From Eubacteriales bacterium (GTDB taxonomy: Bacteria; Bacillota; Clostridia; Oscillospirales; CAG-272), in assembly GCA_045537015.1 (NCBI GenBank), contig JAZSOQ010000114.1, positions 1 through 61,217 on the forward strand: a DNA stretch of 61,217 bases, in the 5' to 3' direction. Shown here piece by piece: positions 18,098-27,556 of the stretch. The notes beneath the pieces were generated by a model that saw only the letters and a list, made by a program, of their open reading frames with translations, made no database searches and was not told where the DNA came from. Positions within the stretch are counted from its first letter, which is position 1; every line of letters starts with the position of its first letter. The position numbers and the translations under genes are program-made.

Positions 18098-19531
18098 ATG
18101 ACAGCAATCAAACGGCTCGGATTCGGCAAGAAGAAAACGATGGATATGACGCAAGGCGGTATTGCGAAGAACATTCTGCTCTTTGCTCTTCCCCTTCTTG
18201 TCGGCAATCTGTTTCAACAGCTTTATAACCTTGTTGACACTTGGGTGATCGGTCAGACCGGAAACACGGCGGCTTTCGCTGCGGTTGGAAGCGTTGGTCA
18301 GATCATCAACATCCTTATCGGATTCTTTCTTGGTCTTTCGAGTGGCGCGGGAGTTATAATCTCGCAATATTTCGGAGCAAAAGAGGAAGAAAAGGCTAAT
18401 AAGACGGTCCACACGGCTATGGCGCTGACGCTTGTTATGGCGGTAATTTTCACCATTGTCGGCATACTTATGACACCCTTCGCGCTCGATCTGATGCTTC
18501 AGGCGGACGGCGCGGGGGAAGCAAATCCCGTTTTTAAGGAAGCCAAAACCTACCTTATTATTTATTTTGCGGGTGTTACATCGCTGATGATCTACAATAT
18601 GGGTGCGGGCTTTCTCCGCGCAATCGGCGACTCGCAAAGACCCTTCTACTTCCTGATAGTTGCTGCCGTCACCAATACACTTCTTGACCTTCTCTTCGTT
18701 TTCAAGTTCAATATGGGAACTGCCGGAGTTGCGCTTGCAACCGTTATCGCTCAAACATTTTCGGCAATCCTGACACTGATTGCACTCTTCAAGAGCGACA
18801 CCTGCGTCAAGCTGAGCCTACAAAAGATCAGATTTGAAGCATTTTACCTCAAAAAGATCGTCAAAGTCGGCTTCCCTGCCGCAATACAGATGGCGATCAC
18901 ATCGTTCTCGAACGTGTTCGTTCAGTACTACATCGCAAGCGCGGTCATCCCCGGCGGGCTTACATCGGGAGTTGATATGCAGACCGTGGTACTTGCTTCG
19001 TGGACTGCTTATTCGAAGATCGACCAGTTCATCTTCCTTCCCATTCAGTCGATAGGACTTGCCGTCACCACCTTTGTCGGTCAGAATCTTGGAGTCGACG
19101 ACACCAAGCGTGCCAAGAAAGGAACTTATCTTGCACTTGGAATGGCGCTGGTTTCTGCGGTTGCCATCATCATTCCCATTATGATCTGGTCGCCCTTTTG
19201 GACATCGATATTCAACAGCAACCCCGACGTTATCAAGAATTCGGCAATACTTTTACGCTTCATATCGCCCTTCTACGTTTGCTGTTGCGTAAACCAGGTC
19301 ATTGCGGCAGCTCTTCGCGGTTCGGGCAACACCACGGCACCGATGATAATTATGCTTTCCACATTCGTTGGATTCAGACAGATCATGCTCTTCGTGATCT
19401 CGAATTACATATCAAGCGAGCTCGTTCCGATCGGTATGGCGTACCCTCTCGGTTGGCTTGCCTGCGCTACAACGCTGTTGATCTATTTCAGCAGATTCAA
19501 TATGTCAAAGACAAGAATAGTCACCAAATAA
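18098..19531 (+). CDS. MATE family efflux transporter
   Basis: 477 aa with 12 predicted TM segments. N-terminal MATE signature ILLFALPLLVGNLFQQLYNLVDTWVIGQ. Confidence 0.85.
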   Translation: MTAIKRLGFGKKKTMDMTQGGIAKNILLFALPLLVGNLFQQLYNLVDTWVIGQTGNTAAFAAVGSVGQIINILIGFFLGLSSGAGVIISQYFGAKEEEKANKTVHTAMALTLVMAVIFTIVGILMTPFALDLMLQADGAGEANPVFKEAKTYLIIYFAGVTSLMIYNMGAGFLRAIGDSQRPFYFLIVAAVTNTLLDLLFVFKFNMGTAGVALATVIAQTFSAILTLIALFKSDTCVKLSLQKIRFEAFYLKKIVKVGFPAAIQMAITSFSNVFVQYYIASAVIPGGLTSGVDMQTVVLASWTAYSKIDQFIFLPIQSIGLAVTTFVGQNLGVDDTKRAKKGTYLALGMALVSAVAIIIPIMIWSPFWTSIFNSNPDVIKNSAILLRFISPFYVCCCVNQVIAAALRGSGNTTAPMIIMLSTFVGFRQIMLFVISNYISSELVPIGMAYPLGWLACATTLLIYFSRFNMSKTRIVTK

Positions 19532-19537
19532 AGATCG

Positions 19538-19569
19538 ACCGGCTCATCCGCAAGGACGAGCCGGTTTTG
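19538..19569. terminator. bidirectional terminator between the MATE and WG-repeat genes
   Basis: ACCGGCTC...GAGCCGGT stem followed by TTTTG. Confidence 0.75.
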
Positions 19570-19572
19570 TTA

Positions 19573-21975
19573 TTATTTTTTAGCAACCTTTGCAAATACC
19601 TGCCAGCCATTCTCTTCGGAATAGCAAGCAAAGATACCTGTGGAGGCATTGGAAATTGTGGAATAGTGGAAAGGAATGACGATATTGCCTTCGGTATCGA
19701 TGACGCCTTTGACGCCGTCCTCATATCCGAGTACTGCCATACCCTCGATAAAGGGAGCTGCATAAGTGTAGATAGGCTGAGCTACCCAATAGCCGTCGCG
19801 GTGGTAATAGCCGTATCTGCCGTTACGTTCAACAAGAAGAATGCTGTCCGAATAGGATACAAGGTTATAGCCTTCGGGAACGATGTTCGATCTGTTACCC
19901 TTCGTATCAATAAGAACTTCATAGTCGTTCTCATAAGTGTTGAGCTTGTGCGGACGTCTTTCTACCACGCGCATACGGATGAGTCCGTCATCATAATAGA
20001 AATGACCAAGCATATATTCGTCGCGCTCAAAGGGTTCGGTGTAATACTCAAAATGGTAGTAGGAGCCGGAGCCGCTGCTAGTCTTGAATTTATTATAAAG
20101 ATATACCGCAGAGTTTCCGCTTGTATTGATTATCCTTACGATTCCGTTTGCATCAACGGTATATGCGCGGCTCTCGCTGAAATTATACGCTCTTGCGTAT
20201 TTGAAATCGGTTTTCCAGCTTATAGTCTGAGTGATATACTCGTTATAAGTATATTTATTTGACGTTTCTTTGGATGTATCTTCCTCGGGCTTGGACGCGC
20301 GGTAAGTGAAGCGATATGCGGGATAGCTGATGTCTACCGTGAGCTTATCGGGAATACCGTTCTCATCCTTGTCATCGGTGCCGGGAATAAGCGACCTCGC
20401 ACGAGGGGGCTGAACGGTTGTTTCCTCTGTTATGACATGCGAGGTTTCCGCGGTAGCTTCTGTTGTTTCGGGTTCGACAGTGGTTTCGGGTTCAACAGTA
20501 GTTTCAGGCTCACCTGCGGTTTCGGGTTCTATTGTAGTCTCCGGCTCACCTGCAGTTTCGGGCTCAACGGTGATTTCGGGTTCTACCGTAGTTTCGGGCT
20601 CTACCGTGGTCTCGGGCTCTACCGTAGTTTCGGAACCAGCCGTTGTTTCGGGAATGATCGTTGTTTCGGATTCCACCGTAGTTTCCGGTTCGACTGTTAT
20701 TTCGGGATCTAATGTAGTTTCCGGTTCAATCGTAGTTTCAGGATCTAAAGTGGTCTCCGGTTCAATCGTAGTCTCGGGCTCAACGGTGGTTTCGGGTGCG
20801 GCAGTAGTTTCGGGAGCCATTGTGAGTTCACCCGACTCGACCTTCTTTTTGACTTCCGCAAGTGCTTCCGCAAACAGGCGGTTATAGTATTTTCCTTCGC
20901 CAAACATTACTGCGATCTGATTTGCGAACTTAGGATAATAGAGATAGATCTGCTCGGCGAGTCTGCTGTCAACGCCGTAGCGTGTGTAGGAGCTGGTTGT
21001 ATCGTTAATATCAAAGGTTTCGGTTATGGTCTGATACGTACTGTAGATCTGATATTTATTATCCGACTTTCCGAAATCGGGGTTATAGTCGAAGAAAAGA
21101 CCGCGGCTGTCGGTATCGGGATTGAAATCCGACTCGAGGAACTTACCGCTTGATGTGTCGAGATAATAATAATATCCGTTAAAATAGAAAACAGGACGGT
21201 CTTTTTTATCTCTGGTGTACGCGGGAATAACCTCGTCACCGGGGTAAATTCCGATGAACTTACCGTCGGACGAATAGATGCTTACACGGGGATAATCCTG
21301 GTATGTACGCTCATTGATTCCCGAGATAACGGTTCCAACGCCTGCATCAACGATAATATATCCCATATAAACCTCGAGTGTAGGACGCTCGACGGTTCTC
21401 ATTGCATAATACGGAATCTCGCGGTGGCCTTCTCCGTAATTCTTCTGAAGAAGCAATCTTACGCGCTTGGCATTGCCGAGCGTTGTTTTATCGAGATCCG
21501 ATGCGTTGATCATGACTTCAGCTATTTTCATATCGGAAGTGTAATTGGCATAGCTGATGGAATATCCGAGCGAAATGAGATCAGCGAGTGCGGGAGGCGC
21601 GAAGGGCGGATCTACCGGTGTTGTTGTGTCGGATGTAGAGGGTGCGGTAGTTGTGGCTTCGGGGAGAGTAGTCTCTGCACCGGGTGCAGTTGTACTGACC
21701 GAGATCTGCTCGGACGTTGTCGGACCTTGCGTTACCGGCGTTGTGGAAGGCGGTGCGGTCGTATCACCGGGAGCTCCCGTAATATCCGAAATATTGGTTC
21801 CGGGCAGAAGTGTTTCAAGATACTCCTGTGTACGGTCGTCATCATATCCCCCGTCGGGACGGTCTATGAAGGAAAAATCATAAACGCCGAGCGAATAGGT
21901 TATCGAAGCAAAAGCTGTGGCTGCCAGCAAAAGCACGGCAACTCCTCTTTTGGCAATTTCATTAAATAAACGCAT
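19573..21975 (-). CDS. membrane-anchored WG-repeat protein with central (EPETTx)20 tandem repeat
   Basis: N-terminal TM helix, T/P-rich region, 20 hexapeptide repeats, and a C-terminal WG-type beta-propeller-like repeat (GRYGYYHRDGYWVAQPIYTYAAPFIEGMAVL...GVIDTEGNIVIPFHY). Start moved to ATG 21975 (GGAG 6 nt upstream); the track start is TTG. Confidence 0.65.
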   Translation of the reverse strand: MRLFNEIAKRGVAVLLLAATAFASITYSLGVYDFSFIDRPDGGYDDDRTQEYLETLLPGTNISDITGAPGDTTAPPSTTPVTQGPTTSEQISVSTTAPGAETTLPEATTTAPSTSDTTTPVDPPFAPPALADLISLGYSISYANYTSDMKIAEVMINASDLDKTTLGNAKRVRLLLQKNYGEGHREIPYYAMRTVERPTLEVYMGYIIVDAGVGTVISGINERTYQDYPRVSIYSSDGKFIGIYPGDEVIPAYTRDKKDRPVFYFNGYYYYLDTSSGKFLESDFNPDTDSRGLFFDYNPDFGKSDNKYQIYSTYQTITETFDINDTTSSYTRYGVDSRLAEQIYLYYPKFANQIAVMFGEGKYYNRLFAEALAEVKKKVESGELTMAPETTAAPETTVEPETTIEPETTLDPETTIEPETTLDPEITVEPETTVESETTIIPETTAGSETTVEPETTVEPETTVEPEITVEPETAGEPETTIEPETAGEPETTVEPETTVEPETTEATAETSHVITEETTVQPPRARSLIPGTDDKDENGIPDKLTVDISYPAYRFTYRASKPEEDTSKETSNKYTYNEYITQTISWKTDFKYARAYNFSESRAYTVDANGIVRIINTSGNSAVYLYNKFKTSSGSGSYYHFEYYTEPFERDEYMLGHFYYDDGLIRMRVVERRPHKLNTYENDYEVLIDTKGNRSNIVPEGYNLVSYSDSILLVERNGRYGYYHRDGYWVAQPIYTYAAPFIEGMAVLGYEDGVKGVIDTEGNIVIPFHYSTISNASTGIFACYSEENGWQVFAKVAKK
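20461..20820 (-). repeat. about twenty tandem 18-nt units encoding (E/D)PETT(V/I/L) hexapeptides
   Basis: The protein reads APETTA-APETTV-EPETTI-EPETTL-DPETTI-... for 20 units. The DNA shows the GGTTTCGGG(T/C)TC(N)ACNGT periodicity throughout. Confidence 0.9.
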
Positions 21976-22002
21976 TTTGTTCTCCAAATCTATATCAAAA
22001 TA

Positions 22003-22482
22003 TCATTTGTGATATTTGGTTCCTTTGATTATGCTGAAAGCGCGGTAGACAGATTCAAGGAGCATTACTCGGAACAGTTGGTGCGGGAATGTCATTTTTG
22101 ACAGTGACAGTTTATAGTCCGCCGCGCGCTTTACCTTTTCGGAAAGCCCGTGAGAGCTTCCGATGATGAAGCAAATGTTTGACGCAGTTTGTGTCACGTT
22201 TTCGATGTGTGCCGCAAAATCCTCGCTTGACATCTGCTTTCCTTCAACCGCAAGCGCAACCACGTGCGAGCGCGGAGGTATTGCGGCAAGAATGCGCGAA
22301 GCCTCGTCCTCGAGTGCGGCATCTATATGGCTTTGCGAGGGGTTATCGGGGAGCCTTGCTTCCTTAAGCTCGCAAAGCTCGACCTTTGCAAATGCGGAAA
22401 GGCGTTTGATATACTCCGTCGCCGCATCGCGCAGGAAGGATTCCTTGATATTACCAAGGACTATGAATTTAAGATTGATCAA
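22003..22482 (-). CDS. rlmH: 23S rRNA (pseudouridine1915-N3)-methyltransferase
   Basis: 159 aa, SPOUT family, with the typical RlmH ending (IGSSHGLS...LSLSKMTFPHQLFRVMLLESVYRAF). TTG start preceded by GAGGTG. Confidence 0.9.
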   Translation of the reverse strand: MINLKFIVLGNIKESFLRDAATEYIKRLSAFAKVELCELKEARLPDNPSQSHIDAALEDEASRILAAIPPRSHVVALAVEGKQMSSEDFAAHIENVTQTASNICFIIGSSHGLSEKVKRAADYKLSLSKMTFPHQLFRVMLLESVYRAFSIIKGTKYHK

Positions 22483-22493
22483 TTTTTGTCACC

Positions 22494-23267
22494 TCAAAGG
22501 TTAAACAGTACGGGGACAGCGGGCTCGGAAACCGCAAGCTCGATCTTTTCGCGAATATCAGAAAGAGCGGTCTCGGATGCGCGGTATGCAAGCTCGGGGG
22601 TATTATTGATCTCCGAAATATGGGCAAGCATAAGGAGTGTCGTTCCGCTATCTGCAAGAAATCTTGCGAATTCGGCACCGCTTTCGTTTGAAAGATGGCC
22701 GTAACGCGAAAGTATGCGCTGCTTGAGATCGGGCGGATAGGGACCGTCCATAAGCATACCAACGTCGTGATTCGATTCGATAACAGCAGCAGAGCAGCCC
22801 AAAAGGCCTGCGCGAACTTGATCGGTAACGTGGCCGAGGTCCGTTGCTATACCGACAGAAGTTTCACCGAGAGTAAAGCGGTAACCTACCGAGCCGAAGG
22901 AATCGTGATCCGTCGGGAAGCTTCGCACCGAAATGTCGCCTATTCTCTCCTCAAATTCAATGGGATGAGGACAGAGCACGTCAGCGCCGCAATTCTTTTC
23001 GACAGAGGAACAGACGGCACCGCTTGCGTGGATCGGCGTGTGGTAATGAGAGGTCCACACCTTGAGAGCGGAGGTATGATCGCTGTGCGAATGAGTGAGG
23101 AAGATCGCGCTGATCTCCTCGGGCAGTATACCGACCGTGGAAAGCGCGGATTTTATGTATTTCGTTGAACGCCCTGCGTCGACGAGTATCGCGGTATCGC
23201 GGTATTTCACAAGGGTACAATTACCCTTTGAACCCGAGCAGAGCGTGCCGATCATTATATCGCCCAT
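22494..23267 (-). CDS. MBL-fold metallo-hydrolase (YycJ/WalJ-like)
   Basis: 257 aa. HxHxDH motif LTHSHSDH and the N-terminal GSKGNCT block typical of YycJ-type proteins. The position next to rlmH matches the Bacillota yycJ-rlmH neighbourhood. Confidence 0.8.
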   Translation of the reverse strand: MGDIMIGTLCSGSKGNCTLVKYRDTAILVDAGRSTKYIKSALSTVGILPEEISAIFLTHSHSDHTSALKVWTSHYHTPIHASGAVCSSVEKNCGADVLCPHPIEFEERIGDISVRSFPTDHDSFGSVGYRFTLGETSVGIATDLGHVTDQVRAGLLGCSAAVIESNHDVGMLMDGPYPPDLKQRILSRYGHLSNESGAEFARFLADSGTTLLMLAHISEINNTPELAYRASETALSDIREKIELAVSEPAVPVLFNL

Positions 23268-23680
23268 CAGTTACCGAAGAATCCGTCAAGCACAAAAAGG
23301 CGGAAAAGGTCAACGAGAAGGGTGACTATGATCGGGAAAATAACCATAAGCATAGGTCTTGAGCGGCGTTCGCGGTCGGCGACGTCGGCAAGATACTCTT
23401 CTTTTTCTTTATGCGTCATCGTATCGGGGAGCATTTCATAAGTAACGCCGCTTCCCGTAAACGCGCGGTTGATGATAAAGTAAGCAATGATCAAAACCGA
23501 TGCGATAACGATGTACGCGAGAACGGCTACCTTCCAAAGCGGAGTGGTTGTGAGGAAGAAATAGATTCCCATTGACACGATAGTCGTAAGCGCAAGGATA
23601 AGCGCGCGTTTCCAATTAAAAGCGTTCACGGCTTCCTTGACGCTTTGATGCTCGCCGTAATTGTTTTGCTGCTTTTTCAT
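23267..23680 (-). CDS. small integral membrane protein, function unknown
   Basis: 137 aa with 3-4 hydrophobic helices. Its stop overlaps the downstream start (TGATG). No family recognised. Confidence 0.5.
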   Translation of the reverse strand: MKKQQNNYGEHQSVKEAVNAFNWKRALILALTTIVSMGIYFFLTTTPLWKVAVLAYIVIASVLIIAYFIINRAFTGSGVTYEMLPDTMTHKEKEEYLADVADRERRSRPMLMVIFPIIVTLLVDLFRLFVLDGFFGN

Positions 23681-23698
23681 AGCAAATTGACCTTTCGA

Positions 23699-24994
23699 TT
23701 AAAAAACTTTTACCGCTCCCGAGAGTCTGATATGGAGCAGATAGCACGAGCCCTCGCCGAATACGCTCTCAAGAAGCTTTACGAAATCCTGAGCATTCTC
23801 GGTGGGGACGTAAGCCTGGACGGTACCAGCAAATCCGCCGCCGTGAACTCTCCACGCAGTGGGTCTGTCAAGCTTCGAGAGGAAGCTCTCGCAGAGGTTG
23901 AGAGCAAGAGAGATTCCCTGTTCTTCTACGTTTGCGGTTGTATAAACGTTCTGCAGATAGCAGAAGGAGGATCTTCCCGAGGAAAGAACGCCTGCGAAAT
24001 ACTTTTCAAGATCGCCGCTCTTAAGAGCGCTCTTCTGTTCCGCAACGCGGTCGTTCTCTGCAAAGAAGTGAAGTGCACGGAGGATGGCGCGGTCGCCTAC
24101 CTTTTCGCGGAGAGCGGCGATATTCTTCATCAGCGCTTCTCTGTCGGTCTCGCGGAGGACGGTTGCGCCGAGTTCTGCGGCAACAGCCTTCATTTCTGCG
24201 GGGACAGCGGCGTAATCGGGGGTGAGATCGGCGTGGTTACCGCCGGTGTTGACGATGCAGAGGCAATAGCCCGCCTCGGTGAGATCGAAATCAACCTTTT
24301 CAACAATGGGAGCGGCAGTATCCGCAAAGTCAATGGAAACAATACCGCCCGCCGCGCAAGCGACCTGATCCATAAGTCCACAGGGCTTGCCGAAGAATTT
24401 GTTTTCGGAATACTGCGAGATCTGCGCGAGGGTGACGAAATCAACGATTCCCTCGTTGTAGAAATGCGAAAGCATAAGTCCGACCATATTCTCGAAAGCC
24501 GCGGACGAGGAAAGTCCCGAGCCCTTGAGAACGCTGGAGGTGGTGCAGGCATCGTAGCCGCCGACCTTATAGCCTCGAGCACGGAAACCGTCTGCAACAC
24601 CCGCGATAAGTGCATCCGATTTGCCAAAGCGAGCCTCGTTGGGTGTGTTGAAAGAATCAATATCAACAACGTCCTCGGGGAATCCCTCGCTCTTGATGCG
24701 AACGGTGCTGTCCTCGTTCTTTGCTGCTACCGCGATGATATCAAGGTCGATGCTGCCCGCGATAACGCAGCCGTGGTTATGGTCGGTGTGGTTGCCCGAA
24801 AGCTCGCTTCTGCCGGGAACTGAAAAGAGTGCGATATCGCGGTCTGCGCCGTAACGAGATGCAAACTCGTCGATCAGAGCGGCATATCTTGCTCTCTGCG
24901 ATGCGAGAACGCTCTCATCCGAGCCGTAAAGCTTCGCCAAACGTACGTCAAGCGCGCCCGAAAGTATATTTTCTTTTAATGTCTGTGCATTCAT
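23699..24994 (-). CDS. galK: galactokinase (GHMP kinase)
   Basis: 431 aa. Galactokinase signature region PGRSELSGNHTDHNHG and GHMP ATP loop LKGSGLSSSAAFE. AAGGAG SD. Confidence 0.85.
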   Translation of the reverse strand: MNAQTLKENILSGALDVRLAKLYGSDESVLASQRARYAALIDEFASRYGADRDIALFSVPGRSELSGNHTDHNHGCVIAGSIDLDIIAVAAKNEDSTVRIKSEGFPEDVVDIDSFNTPNEARFGKSDALIAGVADGFRARGYKVGGYDACTTSSVLKGSGLSSSAAFENMVGLMLSHFYNEGIVDFVTLAQISQYSENKFFGKPCGLMDQVACAAGGIVSIDFADTAAPIVEKVDFDLTEAGYCLCIVNTGGNHADLTPDYAAVPAEMKAVAAELGATVLRETDREALMKNIAALREKVGDRAILRALHFFAENDRVAEQKSALKSGDLEKYFAGVLSSGRSSFCYLQNVYTTANVEEQGISLALNLCESFLSKLDRPTAWRVHGGGFAGTVQAYVPTENAQDFVKLLESVFGEGSCYLLHIRLSGAVKVF

Positions 24995-25112
24995 AGTGTT
25001 TTTCTCCTTTAGTCAAAGTTAGAAAAGTTCAATTTATTATATCATTCAAGTGTTTAGTTCGGATAAATATTTTGTGTATCAATAATTAATAATTATTAAC
25101 GGAAAAAATTGT

Positions 25113-25147
25113 CGAAAAAAGGAACAAGCCAAACTGACTTGTTCCTT
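25113..25147 (-). terminator. rho-independent terminator after the FAD oxidoreductase gene
   Basis: AAGGAACAAG/CTTGTTCCTT stem followed by a T-run on the - strand. Confidence 0.8.
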
Positions 25148-25157
25148 ATATATGATA

Positions 25158-26492
25158 TTAAAGTTCAACGCCTCTTGCTGTGAGGACCTTGCGAACCTCT
25201 GCTGGATCGAGGTCGCGGGGCTGACAGCCGATCGCGGAGCATTTGGATGCTGCAACGCCCGCGGCTTCGCCCATTGCCATACAGATCGCCATGACTCTCC
25301 ATGATGCGTGCGCGCGGTGAGTTCCCGAGATGGGACGTCCCGCAACGAGAAGTCCGTCGGTAGCTATCGGAACGAGTGCGCCGTAGGGGATGTCATAGGG
25401 CTGTGCGGGTCTCGAATAGCCCTCTGCCTGTCCGCCGCCCTTGGGGTTGTGAATGTCGATGAGGAACCAGGCGTTATGAACGATGCCGTCCTCGCGGTGT
25501 CTGCCGTCCTCAACATCCTTGTCAACGATATATTCGATTCCGCGGACTCTTCTCGACTCGCGGACACCGACTGTATCCGCCGAGGTCTTGATCGAGCAAT
25601 TTTCAAATCCGGGGATATACTTCTGAAGGAAGTCCACGCACTTCTTGATCTGATCGCGGAGCTCAAGCTCTGCCTTGCCCATATCAGCGGGGTCAAGAGG
25701 CGAGAGATTGTTGACCTGAGTTGCGTTTACCGAACGCTCGCCGGGCTTGGAGGTTCTGTGGAGGCGGACGATGCTGACGAATTCGGGAAGCTCTCCCTCG
25801 CGGTTCTTCTGCTTGCAGAGCTCGCGGTATTCCATACCCGCAAACTCGCCCGCGGGGATCTTGATGGGATCCGAGCCGCCCCAGACGCTGATGCCGATGC
25901 TTTCGTCAACGCCCGTAATGGTAAATTCGAGAGTCATAGGCTGAAGTCCGCCGTCCGATTCACGTCCGAGCTCGATCTCTGCGCCCGCAGCTGCGGCAAC
26001 ACAAGCATCCCCCGTGGAGTCAACGGTGATCCTTGCACGGATCGCCTTGAGTCCGTTCTGAGTTGTGAAGATCGCGCCCGTTACCTTGCCATCTTCAACA
26101 AGGGCGTCAACGAATGCCGAGCCTACCCAAAGCTCGACGCCCGCGTCCTCGATCATTCTGTCAAGAACGATCTTTGCAGCCTCGCGGTTGACGGGGATCT
26201 CACGTCCGATCCTTGTGCCCGTGGTGGGAACCGTGCCTTTATCTATCTCGGAAAGTTTTCTTACAACCTCATCGTAATATGTTCCGCCCGCGACCTCGCC
26301 GAGGATGGGATCGACGTTGCCCATTGTCAGCATACCGCCGACAGAGCCGTAACGCTCACAAAGAATTACCTTTGCGCCCTCTCTTGCCGCGGATACTGCC
26401 GCGCAAACACCTGCGGGTCCCGCACCGACGACGAGAACGTCGCACTCACGGACAACGGGCACTTGACTCTGATACAAAATACATTCAGCCAT
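25158..26492 (-). CDS. FAD-dependent oxidoreductase (PF12831-like)
   Basis: Dinucleotide motif DVLVVGAGPAGVCAAVSAAREGAKV...GGM. Start at ATG 26492 with an AAGGAG SD. Confidence 0.75.
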   Translation of the reverse strand: MAECILYQSQVPVVRECDVLVVGAGPAGVCAAVSAAREGAKVILCERYGSVGGMLTMGNVDPILGEVAGGTYYDEVVRKLSEIDKGTVPTTGTRIGREIPVNREAAKIVLDRMIEDAGVELWVGSAFVDALVEDGKVTGAIFTTQNGLKAIRARITVDSTGDACVAAAAGAEIELGRESDGGLQPMTLEFTITGVDESIGISVWGGSDPIKIPAGEFAGMEYRELCKQKNREGELPEFVSIVRLHRTSKPGERSVNATQVNNLSPLDPADMGKAELELRDQIKKCVDFLQKYIPGFENCSIKTSADTVGVRESRRVRGIEYIVDKDVEDGRHREDGIVHNAWFLIDIHNPKGGGQAEGYSRPAQPYDIPYGALVPIATDGLLVAGRPISGTHRAHASWRVMAICMAMGEAAGVAASKCSAIGCQPRDLDPAEVRKVLTARGVEL

Positions 26493-26622
26493 TTTAACTC
26501 TCCTTAAAAACAAATTTTATCATTATAATTATACCACGGGCAAAAGAAATTGTCAATAATTGCTTGACAAAATCCGCACTTTAAGTTATAATAACATTAA
26601 TACAAACAAGGACGGCAGCAAA

Positions 26623-27504
26623 ATGAAGATCAAATTGACCATTGCACTTTTGTTGTTTTCTCTTCTCTGCTCTCTTTTTGTGTCCTGCGATAATGCCGCA
26701 CCGGCGGAAACTACTGCACCCGAAACGCAGTCACCCGCAACCGAAGTTCCCGCAGAGACCACGGCAGAAGCAACAACCGAAGAGATAACAACATCAGTAC
26801 CCGAAACAACCGAGGAGGAAATCAAAATGCCCAAGACCATCAGAATAGGCAGCTACAACATCAAACACGCGGCTGACGCAAAGCTCAATCTCAAGACTAT
26901 CGCAAAAGTCATCACCGAAGCAAAGCTTGACATCGTCGGCATTCAGGAAGTCGACCTCAGAACGAAACGTTCAAACGGCATAGACCAGCCGAGAATGCTT
27001 GCAGATGCAGCTGAGATGCCCTACTACGTTTTCGTTCGCGGAATCGACTACCAGGGCGGACAGTACGGCACACTCATTCTTTCAAAATACCCCATCGTTT
27101 CCAGCGAAGTAATTCCGCTTGAATCCTGGGACAAGGAAGGCAGATCTCTCGGCCACGCAGTAATTGATATTGAAGGATTCAAATTCGATTTCTTCAACAC
27201 ACACCTTTCTTATGAGGACAAGACTCTGCGCGGGCTGCAGTTTGCCGAGGTTGCAGAAAAGACCAAGGTTTGCGAAAACTTCATCCTCACGGGTGACTTC
27301 AACACCGCGGATTTCAACGAATTCACCGTTGTCGGCGGCAATCTTATCAACAACGCCGCGCGTTGGTACCCCACCTTCCCCGGCGGAAACAGCGCGATCG
27401 ACAATATAGTTTATACCGATTGCTTCAAGGAGATAGCTTCGGGTACGGTGACACAGAGCTATTCCGACCACTATATGCTTTGGGCGGAGTTTGAGATCAA
27501 TTAA
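26623..27504 (+). CDS. endonuclease/exonuclease/phosphatase (EEP) family lipoprotein
   Basis: Lipobox SLFVSC, a long T/E/P/A tether, then EEP blocks IGSYNIKH, DIVGIQEVD, ILTGDFN and SDHYMLWAEF. Confidence 0.8.
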   Translation: MKIKLTIALLLFSLLCSLFVSCDNAAPAETTAPETQSPATEVPAETTAEATTEEITTSVPETTEEEIKMPKTIRIGSYNIKHAADAKLNLKTIAKVITEAKLDIVGIQEVDLRTKRSNGIDQPRMLADAAEMPYYVFVRGIDYQGGQYGTLILSKYPIVSSEVIPLESWDKEGRSLGHAVIDIEGFKFDFFNTHLSYEDKTLRGLQFAEVAEKTKVCENFILTGDFNTADFNEFTVVGGNLINNAARWYPTFPGGNSAIDNIVYTDCFKEIASGTVTQSYSDHYMLWAEFEIN

Positions 27505-27511
27505 TACATAT

Positions 27512-27556
27512 AAAAAACAGGACAGAGAGCACAAAACGTTCTCTGTCCTGTTTTCT
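27512..27556. terminator. bidirectional terminator between the EEP and GH28-like genes
   Basis: ACAGGACAGAG/CTCTGTCCTGT stem flanked by an A-run and a T-run. Confidence 0.8.

Noticed and set aside
20432-20887. Regularly spaced repeats that could superficially suggest a CRISPR array. The same applies to 15411-15530.
   Set aside because: The units are contiguous 18-nt (or 15-nt) tandem repeats without spacers, they are in frame inside long ORFs, and they encode PETT/PETQ linkers. No cas genes are present.
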